From Diplonema japonicum (Eukaryota; Protista; Euglenozoa: Diplonemea): DNA of 64,000 nucleotides. The notes beneath the pieces were generated by a model. It was not told where the DNA came from, made no database searches, and was given only the letters and a program-made list of their open reading frames with translations. Of the stretch, positions 12,601-25,789 are shown in pieces. The stretch covers positions 558,001 through 622,000 of the forward strand of contig OZ025661.1 in NCBI GenBank assembly GCA_964019335.1, written 5' to 3'. A program made the position numbers and the translations under genes. Within the stretch, counting starts at the first letter, position 1; each line of letters begins with the position of its first letter.

Positions 12601-15455
12601 AACTTCGCAGCCATACGAGTGGGACAGGTGAGCACCTTGTGAAGGAGCACAGTGTGTTTAAGGCGGAGAACCGGCGCCTCTTCAACGAAAATGTGGGAAG
12701 GCGTGACATCAATGTTGTCTTGACCGACTTGGAAACTAAGAACAAGATGCCAAAAGAGCATTCACGCCTCTTGCAAACAGCACACGAAGATGTAATGTCC
12801 AAGTTCTTTCAATTCGTGCGGGGTGGTTGCACGCATCCGAAGGATTCCATTGATAAATTAATCACTGCCGCAAAGGACCTGGGGAGTAAGCTGCGGCAAA
12901 AAAGGAACGGGGGAGTGGTAAATTGGGCTATTTCTCTTTTTGAACCGACAGAAAAAGATCTACTAACTAGTATCGTTGCGCACATCACTGCGATCTGGTC
13001 GCTGATGGCAAGTGATGGGAGCAGCAACACGGACGAGCACCTTCGAAAGCCACACGCTGTGCAAGTGGTGGCGATCCTGTGCGGGCTCGGGTGGACATCT
13101 GGGGGGTTTCTGAACGGGTCGTTCGTGCAGGTGGGAACAGGGGAAGGGAAGTCTGTGGTCCTTGCTGTTCTGGCGGCTGTGTGTGGGCTGCTGGGGGTGA
13201 AGCCTTATGTCGTGTGCTACAGCTCCTACCTCAGCAGGAGGGACGAAAAAGACTTCAAGGAACTCCTGACGGCCTTGGGCGCCGACCCATTCTACGGGAC
13301 CTTCAACGAGTGCTGCGAGGATGTGCTGATGGGGAAGTCCCTCCGAGAGGAGGCAGAGGCACTTCTTCTCACTCGTAGTTGTAGCAAACGCAAAGCTTTC
13401 TCAAATGCATCGAAGCGCTGCCTGTTGATCGACGAGGTGGATGTGTTCCTCGACGAGTCGTTCTACGGGCAGCAGTACCTCCCGTCGCTGAAGCTCGACG
13501 CGAAAGGGCTGAAGGGGCTCACGGATCAGTTGTGGGAGGGGAGGGGTACAATGGATAAGCTGACGTGGGAGAAGGTGAAAAAGTCAGAGGAGTACAAGAA
13601 GGCAGTCGCAGTGTTTGCTGGCTTCAAGTCTCTGTTTGAGGAGGCTGTTCGCTCGATGATCGCGGATCTGAAGTACTACAAGAGCGGGCCCAAGTGGACT
13701 GTGGATGAGGAGCAGCTGAAGGACGGGACCATCAGGATCGGGTACGTGGATCAGGATGCGGTGGACTACACGAAGGTGTACGAGTACGGCACTCTGTGGG
13801 CCCTGTACGAGGAGTACAGGAAGGACGACTACCCTGGTGACAAAGAGATGAGGGAGCAGAAGCTGGCTGAGGCACTGTACCTGCAGTTCAAGCTTGGCCA
13901 GTACTCGTACACACACCTGGCGATGGAGGAGTTCAAACTCATTGTCGGGGTGTCGGGGACACTTCCGAAGGCTGACTCTGCGGAAGCAAAAGTTGTTCGA
14001 GAGTTCGGGATTGTGAGCCAGACTGTGATGCCCTCGATGTACGGGGGGAGCAACCTTGTCTTCAAGAAAGCAGTTCATGTGAACGCTGAGGAGACAGGGA
14101 ACGTGCACTTTGCAAAGCTGATGCAGGAGGTGAAGGAAGGGCTTCAGGGGGGGAAGCGGAGTGTTCTTGTGCTGTTCGAGACGGAGAAGCAAGTGGACGA
14201 CTACATGAAGCGTGTGGGTGAGACGGAGGACGAGGCCTTCGTTCGGAAGATGCAGAGGATGGTGGAGGGGCTCACACACGATGAGAGGGTGTCGCGAACG
14301 AGGAGGGCGACGACCCCTGGGGTGCTGACCTTTGCGACTCGTGTGTACGGGCGTGGGATCGACTTCATCGTGACACAGAAGGAGATGCTGGATGCAGGGG
14401 GTCTCCATGTGGTGCAGACCTTCATGGGCCCCATGTCGGAGCACCTGCAGATCAAGGGACGGGCGGCACGCCAAGGACAGCCAGGCTCCTTCTCCATGCT
14501 CGTCGACATCGGGGGGCTCGACAGGTTCGACATCAGCAGGGAGCAGGCTCTTGAGGCCTCGAGGGACAGCAAGCTGTACGACCTTGTTCGGAAGAGTAAA
14601 GCTTTCTATGCGAAGGACCTGTCACTGCAGAGTGAGGAGATGAGGCATGCAAAGGAGGACCACGACAGCTCCATGGCATTCAGGCGTAAGTTGAGCTATG
14701 GGGGAACGAGCCTTGGTGGGATGAACAGGTCTGAGCTTGTTGAGAAGCTTGTGGAGTGGAACAAGGGTCCCAGGGAGGCTATGCAACAGGCGAGCAAGAC
14801 AGTGATCCTTCTTGATGGGACTGGTTCGATGACCCACCTCATTCACGGTGCGAAGGCAGTGCTGCGTGAGACCTTCAAGCGTGTCTACTCCATTCTGGAG
14901 GAGGCGAAGAAAGGCTCCTTCTCCATCCAGATTGGGGTCTACAGGAACTACAACCGCAAGCTGTTCGAGTGCTCGAAGTGGTGTGACGATGCTGGGTCAT
15001 TGTACGAGTTCCTTCAGTGTGTGCGGGCAGAAGGCGGCTGGGGTGAGGAAGCAGTGGAGGCAGGTCTGCAGCACGTGAACGGGGAGGCAGGGGTGACACA
15101 AGTGATCCTCATGGGCGATGCACCTGCCAACTCTGCGGAAAAGTTGCAGCTGGTTAAATCGGACGGCTACACCGTCTCGACCGACTGGGAGACAGAGACA
15201 CGTTCGTTGATCGACAAAGAAATCCCAGTCCATGCCTTCTACCTTGCTAGATGGGCGAAGGAGAACTTCAAACAGATCGCAAGCAGGACAGGTGGGCAGT
15301 GCAAGGGGCTGGATGTCTCTGCTGCAGGCAGCTCGGATGTGCTGATGGACCTGTGGAGTGTGCAGGTGCTGCGTGACATTGGCGGCGATGAGCTGGAGGC
15401 CATGTACAAGAGGCGCTATGCCACAGGGAGCCACACTGAGGGGACATCGGCTTGA
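6694..15455 (+). pseudogene. Gene A: giant (~2900 aa) AIG1/GIMAP-like GTPase + helical region + SecA-type SF2 helicase + vWA protein, frameshifted in its 5' part
   Basis: Overlapping ORFs 6694-7035, 7008-8204, 8146-8451, 8306-8962 and 8928-15455 join through small frameshifts. GTPase: GLTGVGKT, DTVG, TMGE. SecA motifs: PHAVQ, QVGTGEGKS, YSSYLSRRD, IDEVD, GVSGT, ATRVYGRGIDF, GGLHV, QIKGRAARQGQPGS. vWA: ILLDGTGSM, GGWGEEA, MGDAP. May be intact if the indels are assembly errors. Confidence 0.8.
8080..8146. repeat. Perfect inverted repeat, 32-bp arms, 3-nt loop
   Basis: ctggagagaccttgaggaacctggaacaccag-ctt-ctggtgttccaggttcctcaaggtctctccag. Confidence 0.95.
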
Positions 15456-15590
15456 TTTCAAGGTGCTGAGAGTACGGGGTGAGGATGGCGACATATAAGG
15501 TGATCCCTCTTACGCCTTTTTGTACTGGGTGCATAATTTTTTGGGGGTGAGTATCGGGTGCAACTTGTGAAGTTTCTTCGTTTGTGAAAT

Positions 15591-15632
<42 letters not shown>

Positions 15633-15980
15633 TTTTTAAAAGAATCCCCCCCAAAAAAAATCCCAGTTTCACCTTCTACCTTAGCTCTCTGTCATTTACT
15701 GGGAGTCAAAATACTGAACACCGAAAAAAAAAAAAAAAAGAAAAAAGAAAAAAAAACTCAGGCAATATCTTTTCTTGCTAACCGCTCATTGGACCTCGGA
15801 ATTTTCGGTCTAAATAAGTTTTCTTCCTTGATCATTGGGAGAACACCTTTAGGGTGTTCTTTGCTCTTTTTCCTTTTTAAATGGTTTTATAACTTTATGC
15901 AATGAACGTGTCCCGCAGAAAAGCGGGGAGGGGGGGAGCAAGATGAGAAAACTTTTCACACCAACAACAGGAAAAAAAAA

Positions 15981-18900
15981 ATGAACAAAGACTGGACCCA
16001 GCTGCATAGTCTGCTGTCAGCACAGCCCCGCAGGTCCTGCAAAGGTGACACGGTGATGGTGCTGGGGTACATGGGGTGCGGGAAGACGGTGACAGTGCAC
16101 TGCCTGGCGGGGTCGGACCTGTCTCTCAATCACTTCGAGGAGGTGGACATCTTGCGCTGCGGCAAAGGGGCGCGTGACCTGGTGGTGGGGAACAAGTCAA
16201 GCAGTGTGTACCAAGTTGCGACAGCCGAAGATGGACTGCAGCTTGTCGACACGCCTGGCTGCGCAGGGGAGGTGAGTGAAGCAGTCCGCAGCTTTCAGCA
16301 CGAGCTTCTGAAGAAGTGCATCGAGGGTTGTAGGCAGCTGCGGTTCTTGGTGCTGCTCAACGTGCACCTTAACAGCAACAGGATGGATGCACTAAAACGC
16401 ACGGCTGCTGACTGCGACAGGCTCTTCACCTCCTTCGGCTTGGAGTGCGCCCTGCAAGCCACAACTTTCGCATTTACCTTCGGGGACAGCGACACATATT
16501 ATAAAGACAAAGCACTGCACTCGATCAACAAGGTTTTGGAGGACGCCCCGCCTACCCGTCGTGCCGTCTACCGCGAGATGCAGCGTCAGGTACAGCAGCA
16601 AGGCGCCCTGCTCATCAATATCTCCGATGTTGCCGCCACGAAAACCCGCCTGCTGCAGGCACTCAACAACACGACACCCATCAGCTGCCCGCATGCGAAG
16701 CTCGACAGCAAGACGGAGATCTTCCTTGCAGGGCAAGTGGACACCCTGCATGCCAACATGCGGCAGGAGCTGTTTGATGACATCCGCTCGCAGTGGAGCT
16801 TTCTTGAGGACTTGAACAGCACCCTCTCTCGCAAGGAGACAACGGATTTGCTCCGGCAGTGGGAGAAGGAGGTGCATAGTTATTTACAAAAGCAGCTCGA
16901 GGGCATCAAGGCTAGTTTGGGGCTGTACTTTGTCCCATGCGCAAGCTCCCCCGCAGGCACTGCTGAGCGGGCACAGGTCCTTCGAGAGGCTCCGCGAGGC
17001 CTTCGGTAAACGGTGCCCTGTGCTGCCTTGGGATGCGGCAGATGCAGAGAAGCACTTCGCCGACAGCTGTTCAAAGCCAGCCCTGCTGCCCGTTTGTAAC
17101 GATGTGAAGGACCTGTCGCACGCGTGTCTCCAGCTCCTGCGCAATGCGGAGGACAAGTTCATGAGGGAGTTCGAGAAGATGCTGCGCCGCGCTGCCGGAC
17201 AAGAGGGTTGCGATGTTGACCTGCTTGCGAAGACACTCGACACACACAGAGGCGTCCTGCACGACAACATGCGTAAGAAGCTACATGACACGCTGAAGGA
17301 TGTGCTCGAAAAAACCATGAAGTCGTTTACCGCCGTGCACATCAGGCCTGTCGCCTACAGGGTGGACTTCCTGAAGAAATGGCTGGAGAGTGCTGTGCGT
17401 GAGGTGTTCGACTCCGTCCACCGACGGGACGGGGGTACTGACAGAGATAGAGTTGAGTTCTGGCTGCAGGAGGTGCCAAAGATGCGGCACGAGTCGCTGC
17501 AAGGGCTGAGGTGCCGTGTGGGTGTTCTGAAGGAGCGTTTGGAGATACCGTGGGGACCCTTGGCCGATGAGGCAGCAGAAATATTCTCGAAGCAGACACC
17601 CGACAGAGTCAAGCACGTTGTGGAGAGGCTTGCACTGCGCCGCAACGAGCCATGTGCCGACAAGGAGTTAGATGAACTGGACCAGAGACTGCTGCAAATG
17701 TGCACCATTCCGCTGTCCGTCCCCTTCATGTGTGCCTTCGTCGATGAGACACACTGCCCTGACCTGTTGCAAGACACCCATAGGGAATGCACCATGAAGC
17801 TCGAGGAAGCGAAAAGAGTCCAACTTAGGACCCTGAAAACCATACGTGAATGGCTAGACGCTCCACCGCGCGACCTTCCTACACAGATTGACACCCTTGT
17901 CAAGTACTCGAAGGAACTGGAAGTCCTGAAGGCGCAAGGCTCCGGGGATGAGGCGGTGTTGGCTGCATGTGCCCGAGCACTGCAGCGTGCCAGCCAGGAT
18001 GCCATCGACATGCCGCTTGAGAAATTGAAAAAGCTGCAGGAAGCCGTCATCACAGTAGACAGCTTCTCGGAGCCGTGGGATGCTGGGCAGCTGCGTTCTG
18101 TAATCAACGAGCTGTCGCATCATGTGTGTTATCTGGAAGGGCAGCAGCACATCGAAGAGACGAGTGGTGTGTTCGAGGCTGCGCGTTGCCTCTCCACACT
18201 GCTGGGGGACGAGCTACGTGACAGGGAGGGTGTCGAGTTCCTTCGTGCCTTCTACATTGCCAAGGAGCTAGATGCGTGCTTTGTTAACAGCAAGCAACTG
18301 CACAAGGAGTACTGTGACCTCACCCAGCGTCACCTTGGCCATGCAGATCGGTGTCTGAGGGCGCCCTTTGATATGTCCGCGTGCGCGATGCTCACTGTGG
18401 AGGAAGTCAAACAGTACACGAACCATATAGAGCTGTACAAGCAGCTGGGGTCAGCATTCAACGCCAGCAGTGAAAGTAGGGATCTGAAATCAGCCATGGA
18501 GACCAGACTGAGGCTACTTGAAGACCAAGCGGTGACTGTCTGCTCGTCGCTGGACAGTTGCTCGCTGACCGCGGAACTCCAGCAGCTCAAAGATGTCTTG
18601 CTGTATCTTCAAGGGCTTCCTGCACAATTGGGGCAATTGCCTGTCGCACTTCAACTCACTAAGGTGCGGGAGGCTGCATCACGCGCGCTGGGGCCGCTCG
18701 TTGATATAGCAGAGCAAACTATAAAAGAGAAATTCTGCAACACCGAGATGGCTGTCTTCCTTCTTGACGAAATGGACGCCATGCTGACCCGTGCCACGCA
18801 GAAGCGTATCGAGCGCCTCCTCTGCAGTGCGCACAAGGAGCAGCAAGAATTCATCGCCGCGTTTACGACGAGCCCCAGGAGTGCAACGGGGCACGACTGG

Positions 18901-21900
18901 GACGCCCTTTGCAAGCTGTTCACGAGGCTGGGACACAAGGCGCAGCGTGAGATAACATGCTCGCTGGAGAAGGTTGTCAAGCAACTATGTCAAGAAGCCG
19001 AGGAAAGCTGCACCCCCGAGAAGCTGAATGACCCGTTTCTAAAGCGCACAGCAAAGCTGGCCGAACAACAAAGCTTCGAGAATATCAAGCAGCTCATCGC
19101 AGAGGCACGCAAAAAGGTTGAAACTGACAAGGTGAAAGAGGTAAACAAGCTGATGGATGAAGCCATGGGCCACGGGGAGTTTACACTCGTGCGGAACATG
19201 ATGATGGGGAAGCGGTTAGAGTGCCAGATGGCTCGGGACAGGGTGGGAGAACTCTTTACCGAGTGGGAGGCTTCCTTTGCTGACTTCGTTTGGGACGACA
19301 GAAGGATCCTGCACAAGGCGGTGGCTGCACTGGCACTGGAGGGTTCCTTCGAAAAGACACCACGCGTTGTGACCATCATCAGAGGGGACATCGAAAGGAC
19401 TAAGTCCAAGCTGGAAGGAAAGGTGGCGCGTGCCGAAGTTGTAACCAACGTGTGTGAGGAGTGGAGCAAGGCCTTTCATCTGCTGACAGACTCCCGCTTC
19501 GGCGTGCATCTATCTCTTCTCGCAGAAGCCACCATACCCATCGCAACCGCACTGCTCCCACACCTCGAGGAGTACTGTAAACGTTGCCTGTCTGACGACA
19601 AACAGTTCCGCTGCAACGTGAGTGAGGGTAAGCTATTTGCCTCCCAACTCATGGTGGAGCAGAGGGTTGTGGCCAAGGGTGCGGAGCAGCTGACATCCTT
19701 CTTGAAGGAGGGCATCAGCAAGCCCCTGTCCAATCACGACGAGTGGGAACAAGTCATCGTCCAGCTAGAATATTTAATGATGTACTTAAAAGGCCTCGAC
19801 TCACGAGAGGAGAAGCAACTCAATGCACAAATACAAAAACTCCACTGCGCTACCACACCGGAGAGCTACATCGAAGGCCTGAAGCACGTCAGCACAATTC
19901 CGTCACAGGCCGACCTCACAGCCGCAATAAGGAAGGGACTTGGCAAGTGGGGCAAGACGGAAGCGTCCATCTGGGAACCACTCTTAAACTGCAATGCTGC
20001 GAACACTGTGGTCGAGGACTACGTCCGGACGACAGTGAAGGAGGGGTTGACCTCGCCTACGGGTGTGAAGAGTCTGCAGCGGATGGTGAAGAGGATCCCG
20101 GAGAAGGCAAAAAGACTAATAGAGAACGGGGTGTACCGCATGCACGGTAGCAGTCTTGACTCGGTAGATTGTGCGAAGATGGACATCAGCAATCCACCTC
20201 CCGTCCTGTCTGAACTAGTTGTGGACTTCGATTTCATGGAAGTAGGGCACAAACATGCTGCGAAAAAGGGCTTGGAGGAGCTCACCTCGGGCAAGTGGGA
20301 CGCTGCCATCACGCAGTTCGAGTCCTTGCCGAGCAACCACGTCACGACGGCGCTGTTCGCTGCGGCGCTTCATGCTGGGAAGTATACCGAAGAGGCGAAG
20401 CAGGTGATGCAAAGGGCATCGAGCTCTCTTCAAGGCAAGACTGTGAGTGCTATGATCGCGGCGGACGGAGTAGAGTTTCGTCGGTGCTTGGCAAAGCCTG
20501 TGAGACGCAACGAGGAGAGCACCCGCTTCCACGAGTACATGACGCGGGTGGCGGACGACATTGCGCGGGGCGGGACTGGAGCCACAGGTGGATACCCGCT
20601 TGTCGCGGAGTGGAGAAGCTGATCGGCAGCTTCACGTTCGCCGCGTCGGAGGAGGAGAGCAAAGCGCCCGAGCCAGACTCCCTTACGGAGTACCCGTTCA
20701 GGAAGGAATGCCTTGCTGCGGCACCGTCTTTGAAAGAGCTGAACGGGCTGGAGGGGCTGAACGATGTGAAGGAGAAAATCGAGTCTGTAGTAGCCTCTTG
20801 CATCGCAGCGAAAAAGCAGAAGCCACGGAGCATTGCTGCGACGATTGTCCCCTTCGTGTTCGTGGGCAACCCCGGGACGGGGAAGACCACTGTTGCGCGG
20901 ATTCTTGCGAAGGTGCTGCACGAGCTCGACCTGGTGGACATGAAGAAGGACCCCGACGCCCCCAATCCGCAGCAAGTGCCTGCTGCCGCTGCTTGGATGT
21001 CAGGCAATCCAACCATGCCCAAGACACCCCTCTCAGCTAACAAGCCCTTCAAACACGACGTGGACTGCATCGTGGCCGACATCGAAGGGGAGACACGGCC
21101 TTCGCCACCGCCAGACGCGCGCACCCGTTTTCGGGGGGTGAGTGGACCTAGTAGCTCCGTTGGGAAGTTCAACGGCACATACCACACGTACCCGATTGCT
21201 AAAGAAGATCAGTTATTGGACTATTTGATGGACTACTACAACAACCTTCCATCTTTCGACTCCTCTGAGCAGTGCTACGTCGAGTACGAGAGAAAAATCA
21301 AGAAGATGCTAATAGCGAAGGGGCGCAAGGTTAAAAGCACAAGCCCCCTGTTTCTAGAGACAAGCGGCGGGACGCTGAAGACGGACGGCCCGCAAAAGTT
21401 CCAGCAACTCATCGACGAGAACAAGTCACGGGGGTGTGTGTTCATCGACGAGGCGTATCAGTTGTGTGACGGGGGCATGGGGGTGAGCAGCGGGAAGCCC
21501 ATCCTGGACCTGCTGCTGACAGCAGTTGAGAACAACACCGACATGTTCTTCATCTTCGCAGGGTACGAACAAGAGATGGAGAAGCTCTTTGACCAATCCG
21601 GGCTTCCGCAGCAGGGTGGGACCGAAGATCGTGTTCAAGGATTACACACAACGGGAGCTGCGGAACATCTTCCTTAGGACAATGCAGAAGGAGTACCCCC
21701 TCATGCGTGTGGACAACGAGAAGACGCTGGACATCTGGTCGCGCAGGCTCGCGGCAGGTGCGGGCCAGCCAGGTTTCGGGAACGCACGTGACGTGCGGCA
21801 AGATGTGAATTTCTCGAGGGACAGGCTGCTGGAGCGTGTCCCCTTCGACTCCAGCACCAAGAAGCTGAACCTGCTCACGAGGAGGGACGTCTGCGGGGGG

Positions 21901-23988
21901 ATGCCTCTTCGGAAGGACAGCAAACCCATCAAGGAGCTAGCAGCGATGCAGGGGCTTGAGAGCGTGAAGAAGGCGGTCATCGACATCGCGAAAGTACTTG
22001 TGGGGAACCTGAAGAAGGAAGACGAGGGGAGCAGCGCCCGCCTGCGGCCGTGCCTTCACCGCCTGTTCTTGGGGAACCCTGGGACAGGGAAGACGACGGT
22101 CGCGAAGATCATGGCAAGGCTCCTGTGCGAGATGGGGGTGACGAGGCACGATGAGGTGGTGGTGAAGACCCCGCAGGACTTGAAGGGAGCGTTTGTCGGG
22201 GAGGCAGAGAAGCTCACGAAAGAGGTTCTAGAAGGGTGCAGGGGCAAGGTGTTGTTCATCGACGAGGCGTACTCCCTCGGGGACAAGAACGACCCCTACT
22301 ACGGCCCCGTGGTCGACACCATCGTGGGAAGCATCCACGGCTCCCCTGACGACCCCCTCATCCTGTTCATGGCAGGCTACCGCGAGGAGATGGATCGCAT
22401 GCTTCGCAACGTGAACCCAGGCCTGCGCAGCAGGATGCAGGTGGACGGCGCTTTTATGTTCGAGGACTACTCGAGACGGGACCTGTCCATCATCCTACGT
22501 GACGAAGTGGCACGGCAAAATCTCGCCAGCATCGACAGGATCACAACCGACGTAGCGACGAGCGTCCTCGAGAAGCAGAAGAACATGAAGCACTTCGGGA
22601 ACGCCCGACAGGTGAAGGACCTGCTGGGCCGCGCGATGCTGTCCGCAAACACCCGGACTGACGGGAGCGGCGCTGTTGTGCAGTTGGTAGAGAAGGACTT
22701 CGCACCCGAAAGGGCAAAGGACCAGACAAACACGGGACCGGGTATCAAGGACTTCCCAACACTCCTCAAATGGGTGGAGACACAAAGGAGCTCGCATGGA
22801 AGGCTGCGGAAGAAGGGGCGCGAACCCGAAAGAGACTCTCTGTGCTTTGTGTTCCGCGGGAACCCTGGGAATGGGAAAACAACAGCGGCACGGCTGATGG
22901 GAGAGGCGCTCGTGGACCTTGGGCTGCTGGGGAAGGACGATGTAGTTGAGAAGAGTGTGACGCAGCTGCAGACGGGGTATGTAGGACAGGCAGGGGCGCG
23001 CACACGTGAGATCCTAGACGAGGCGCTCGGCGGCGTTTTGTTCATCGACGAGGCGTACCGTCTGGACGACGGGAACAAAGGCTATGGGAGGGAGATCCTT
23101 GACGAACTGGTCTCAGCGGTGACGGAGGAGAAGTACATGGGCAAGGTGGCGGTCATCCTCGCGGGCTACTCGAAGGAGATGCAGCAGATGCTGAACCAGA
23201 ACCCAGGGCTGTCGTCGCGCTTCGGGAGGGTTATCGACTTCGAGGACTTCACACCGGAGCGGTGTGCAGAGCTGTTCGTGAAGATGGCGAAGGAGAAGAA
23301 GCTCATCCAAGTAGAACCTGCGGTGGAAAGGGACCTGGCAGCGCTGTTCGAGACCATGACTAGCAAGGTGCACCACTGGGCCAACGCGAGGGATGTTATA
23401 AACTTCGTGGACCACTGCTATACCAACATCGATGACGACGACGAGTGGTGCCTGGAGGAGGTGAGGAAGTGCGGGGGTGCCTTCATGAAGTCCCGTCCGA
23501 AGCCAGAAGGGGAAGGGGGTTCGAGGGTGCAGCTCCCTCCTGGCCTCGCACGGGAAACCGTTACAAGGAATGCACCACCCCCCGCACTACCAACCACTGC
23601 GATGAGGGCAGAGGTGAAGATGGCAGAGGCAGAGCCGACGCCACCTGAACACGAAGATGAAGATGAGGATATTGAAGACCCACCCGAGACAGCGCTGATG
23701 GCATCTCTCGAAACAGTGATCGAGAGGCTGGGGGTGCCAGCAGAGAAGGTGGCGAAGATGCTCAGCGAAGGGAAGTTATCGCCTGAGATCGAGCTGGAGC
23801 TGATCCGGGAGGGGTACACGTCCTTCGAGATCAACTGCGAGATCGGCATGCGGGCGGAGTTCATCGAGAAGCGCGACAAGGCGCTTAAGAAGCGGGGCAT
23901 AAAGCGTATCAAGTACTGCACAGTGTGTGGGTGTATCAATTGCAATTTCAGACCCGTTTCCTTCGATGTGGAGGTGGACTTGCCGTAG
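15981..23988 (+). pseudogene. Gene B: giant (~2650 aa) AIG1/GIMAP-like GTPase + helical region + triple CbbX/SpoVK-type AAA+ ATPase, frameshifted
   Basis: ORFs 15981-17009, 16930-20622, ~20600-21600 and 21526-23988. GTPase: GYMGCGKT, DTPG, TFGD. Three AAA+ modules, each with Walker A GNPG(T/N)GKT, Walker B FIDEAY, NPG(F/L)xSR and (G/A)NAR(D/Q)V. C-terminal CTVCGCINC. Confidence 0.8.
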
Positions 23989-24367
23989 CTTTCGAATGCA
24001 AATCAAAATTGCAGCTTCCTTCTTCTTTTTTCAGAGGAGGTACTCCGTGCCATCTTGCCACAATGGCACTTGTGGTTCCACGGGGTTCTCTTTACTAGTG
24101 TTATTGTTAATGCGTAAAAGCATTTTTTTAAAACGACCCTCCTTTCTTATTTGTACAATCCTGTTTCTCGCGGAAACACCCCCCACCACAGCAGCCGACG
24201 AATCAAGCAAACCCACTTTAAAAAAAAAGATTTTTTCCGTTCTCTTTGCTTGCAACAAGGGGAATCCAAGTGGTTACTCGCTTTTTATTTTTCTAAGACA
24301 ACGTTCACCTGCAGTGCTGTTAAACAGAGTTTTAAACTGAGGACTTTGCACCGCACATCTTTTTATT

Positions 24368-25500
24368 TTTATCCCCTAAACGCCCACGCGGACGTTTTTG
24401 TCCTTATTTCAAAATTTGCTTTTTCGCTAAGTACTTTTTTTTGAACACGGCCCCTGGACTTCAAAATATGGCATTGTTGCGCGGTTTATTTTGTCTTGGA
24501 ACTACATTTTGCGTTAAAAGTTTTGTTTTAATTGAAACCGGCAGGGTTGGCTTAAAATGAAATCAGATGGTCAAAATAACAGCGAAAACGTGAGTCTCCC
24601 CCGACTGGTCAGAAAAAGAAGAAGAAGACGATGAGGCGGTCAAAGAGGGGCCGGAAACGATGCTTGGGTGGGAGAAATACTCCCAAAGGCCCGAAACATA
24701 TCATTTCCGTAAAAAGGTGGGCTTAGGACACCTCTAGGTGAAGCGGCCAATGAGGAGGGTGTTTTTAATCTTTTTTTTTACACACGCGGTACTTGAGCTC
24801 ATAGTTTCTTCCACGAACGGTCGTTTCGGTTCAAAAAAAACAGCGGAATCTGAATCTTTCCATCCCAGAGTACAAAATTTGGCTTGGGTTGGTCCTGTTA
24901 CTGGGTTTACGCTCGGCACCGAACATGAAGAGCTACTGGACAACAAATTCTAATTTAACCATCCCGGCTTTGAGAAAATGAGCAAACCGATTCGTTGACA
25001 TACAGCGCTACCTCACCTTTGACAACCTGGAAAACATTTGGAAGGCCTGAAACTGCACCTCATGCGCAGGTTTCTTGACATCATTGTCAACCGGTGTAGG
25101 ACTGTGCGGACCCCTGGCAAGTGGCGAATTTCAACATTTTCAGCAAGAAGTCCACAACACAGGACCTAGTCATGCATACTGTCGACTCCTAAGGGTTTGC
25201 TGTCGACCCCTGACCTGCAAGACCAGCTCCAGGGGACTGGAGTTCGGCATATGAAAACCCGGAAGTGAACCATGGTCGTTTTTTATTGGGTCCTGGAAAG
25301 CTGTGTTGCCAACCCCTCCATAATCTGGAATGTGGCAAAAATTATGGCTTCCCGAGCTTCGAAGAAGAACTTGTTGGCAAGCTGCTCACCCATGCCCCAA
25401 AAACCGATAGCACACACCCCCCGACAACACCGTCACCGACCCCCAAGCGCAAACACGCTATTTATAATTCCCTGTTATCCCCTAAACGCCCGGAGCCTAT
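24368..25500 (+). mobile_element. Decayed piggyBac relic
   Basis: Acidic N-terminal tract, FF..AVLELIVSSTN, and frameshifted MSK.RFVDIQRYLTFDN. The putative terminus atcccctaaacgccc also occurs at about 25476 and 37748. Confidence 0.65.
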
Positions 25501-25789
25501 CTACGGTACCCCCCCCCCCCCCATTTTCGTTGTTGCTTTGAATACTCAAAAAAAGGGCAGCATGCAACCATAGGAAGGTGCAAGGAAAGGGTAAACGGTA
25601 CTAAAATTTTCAATTCCAGGTGCCAGATTCAGATGAGAACACTTAACTATGTGTGTAAGAGGGGGATTGAAGGTGTACTTTTTATGTCCGATTTTGGGGG
25701 GTCTTGTCGTGGGGGGTCCGTGGAGTTATGGCTGGGCTAAAAAGGGCAGCATTCAGCCCTATTTGGTGCCCTGAACTCTAGGATTGAGG

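Noticed and set aside
13040-14520. Bacterial secA / contaminating prokaryotic DNA
   Set aside because: The motifs are embedded in a giant fusion flanked by eukaryotic transposons and poly(A/T) spacers; there is no SecA scaffold or operon context.
7016-23945. Numerous long minus-strand ORFs over genes A and B
   Set aside because: Antisense shadows of GC-rich coding sequence with no motifs.
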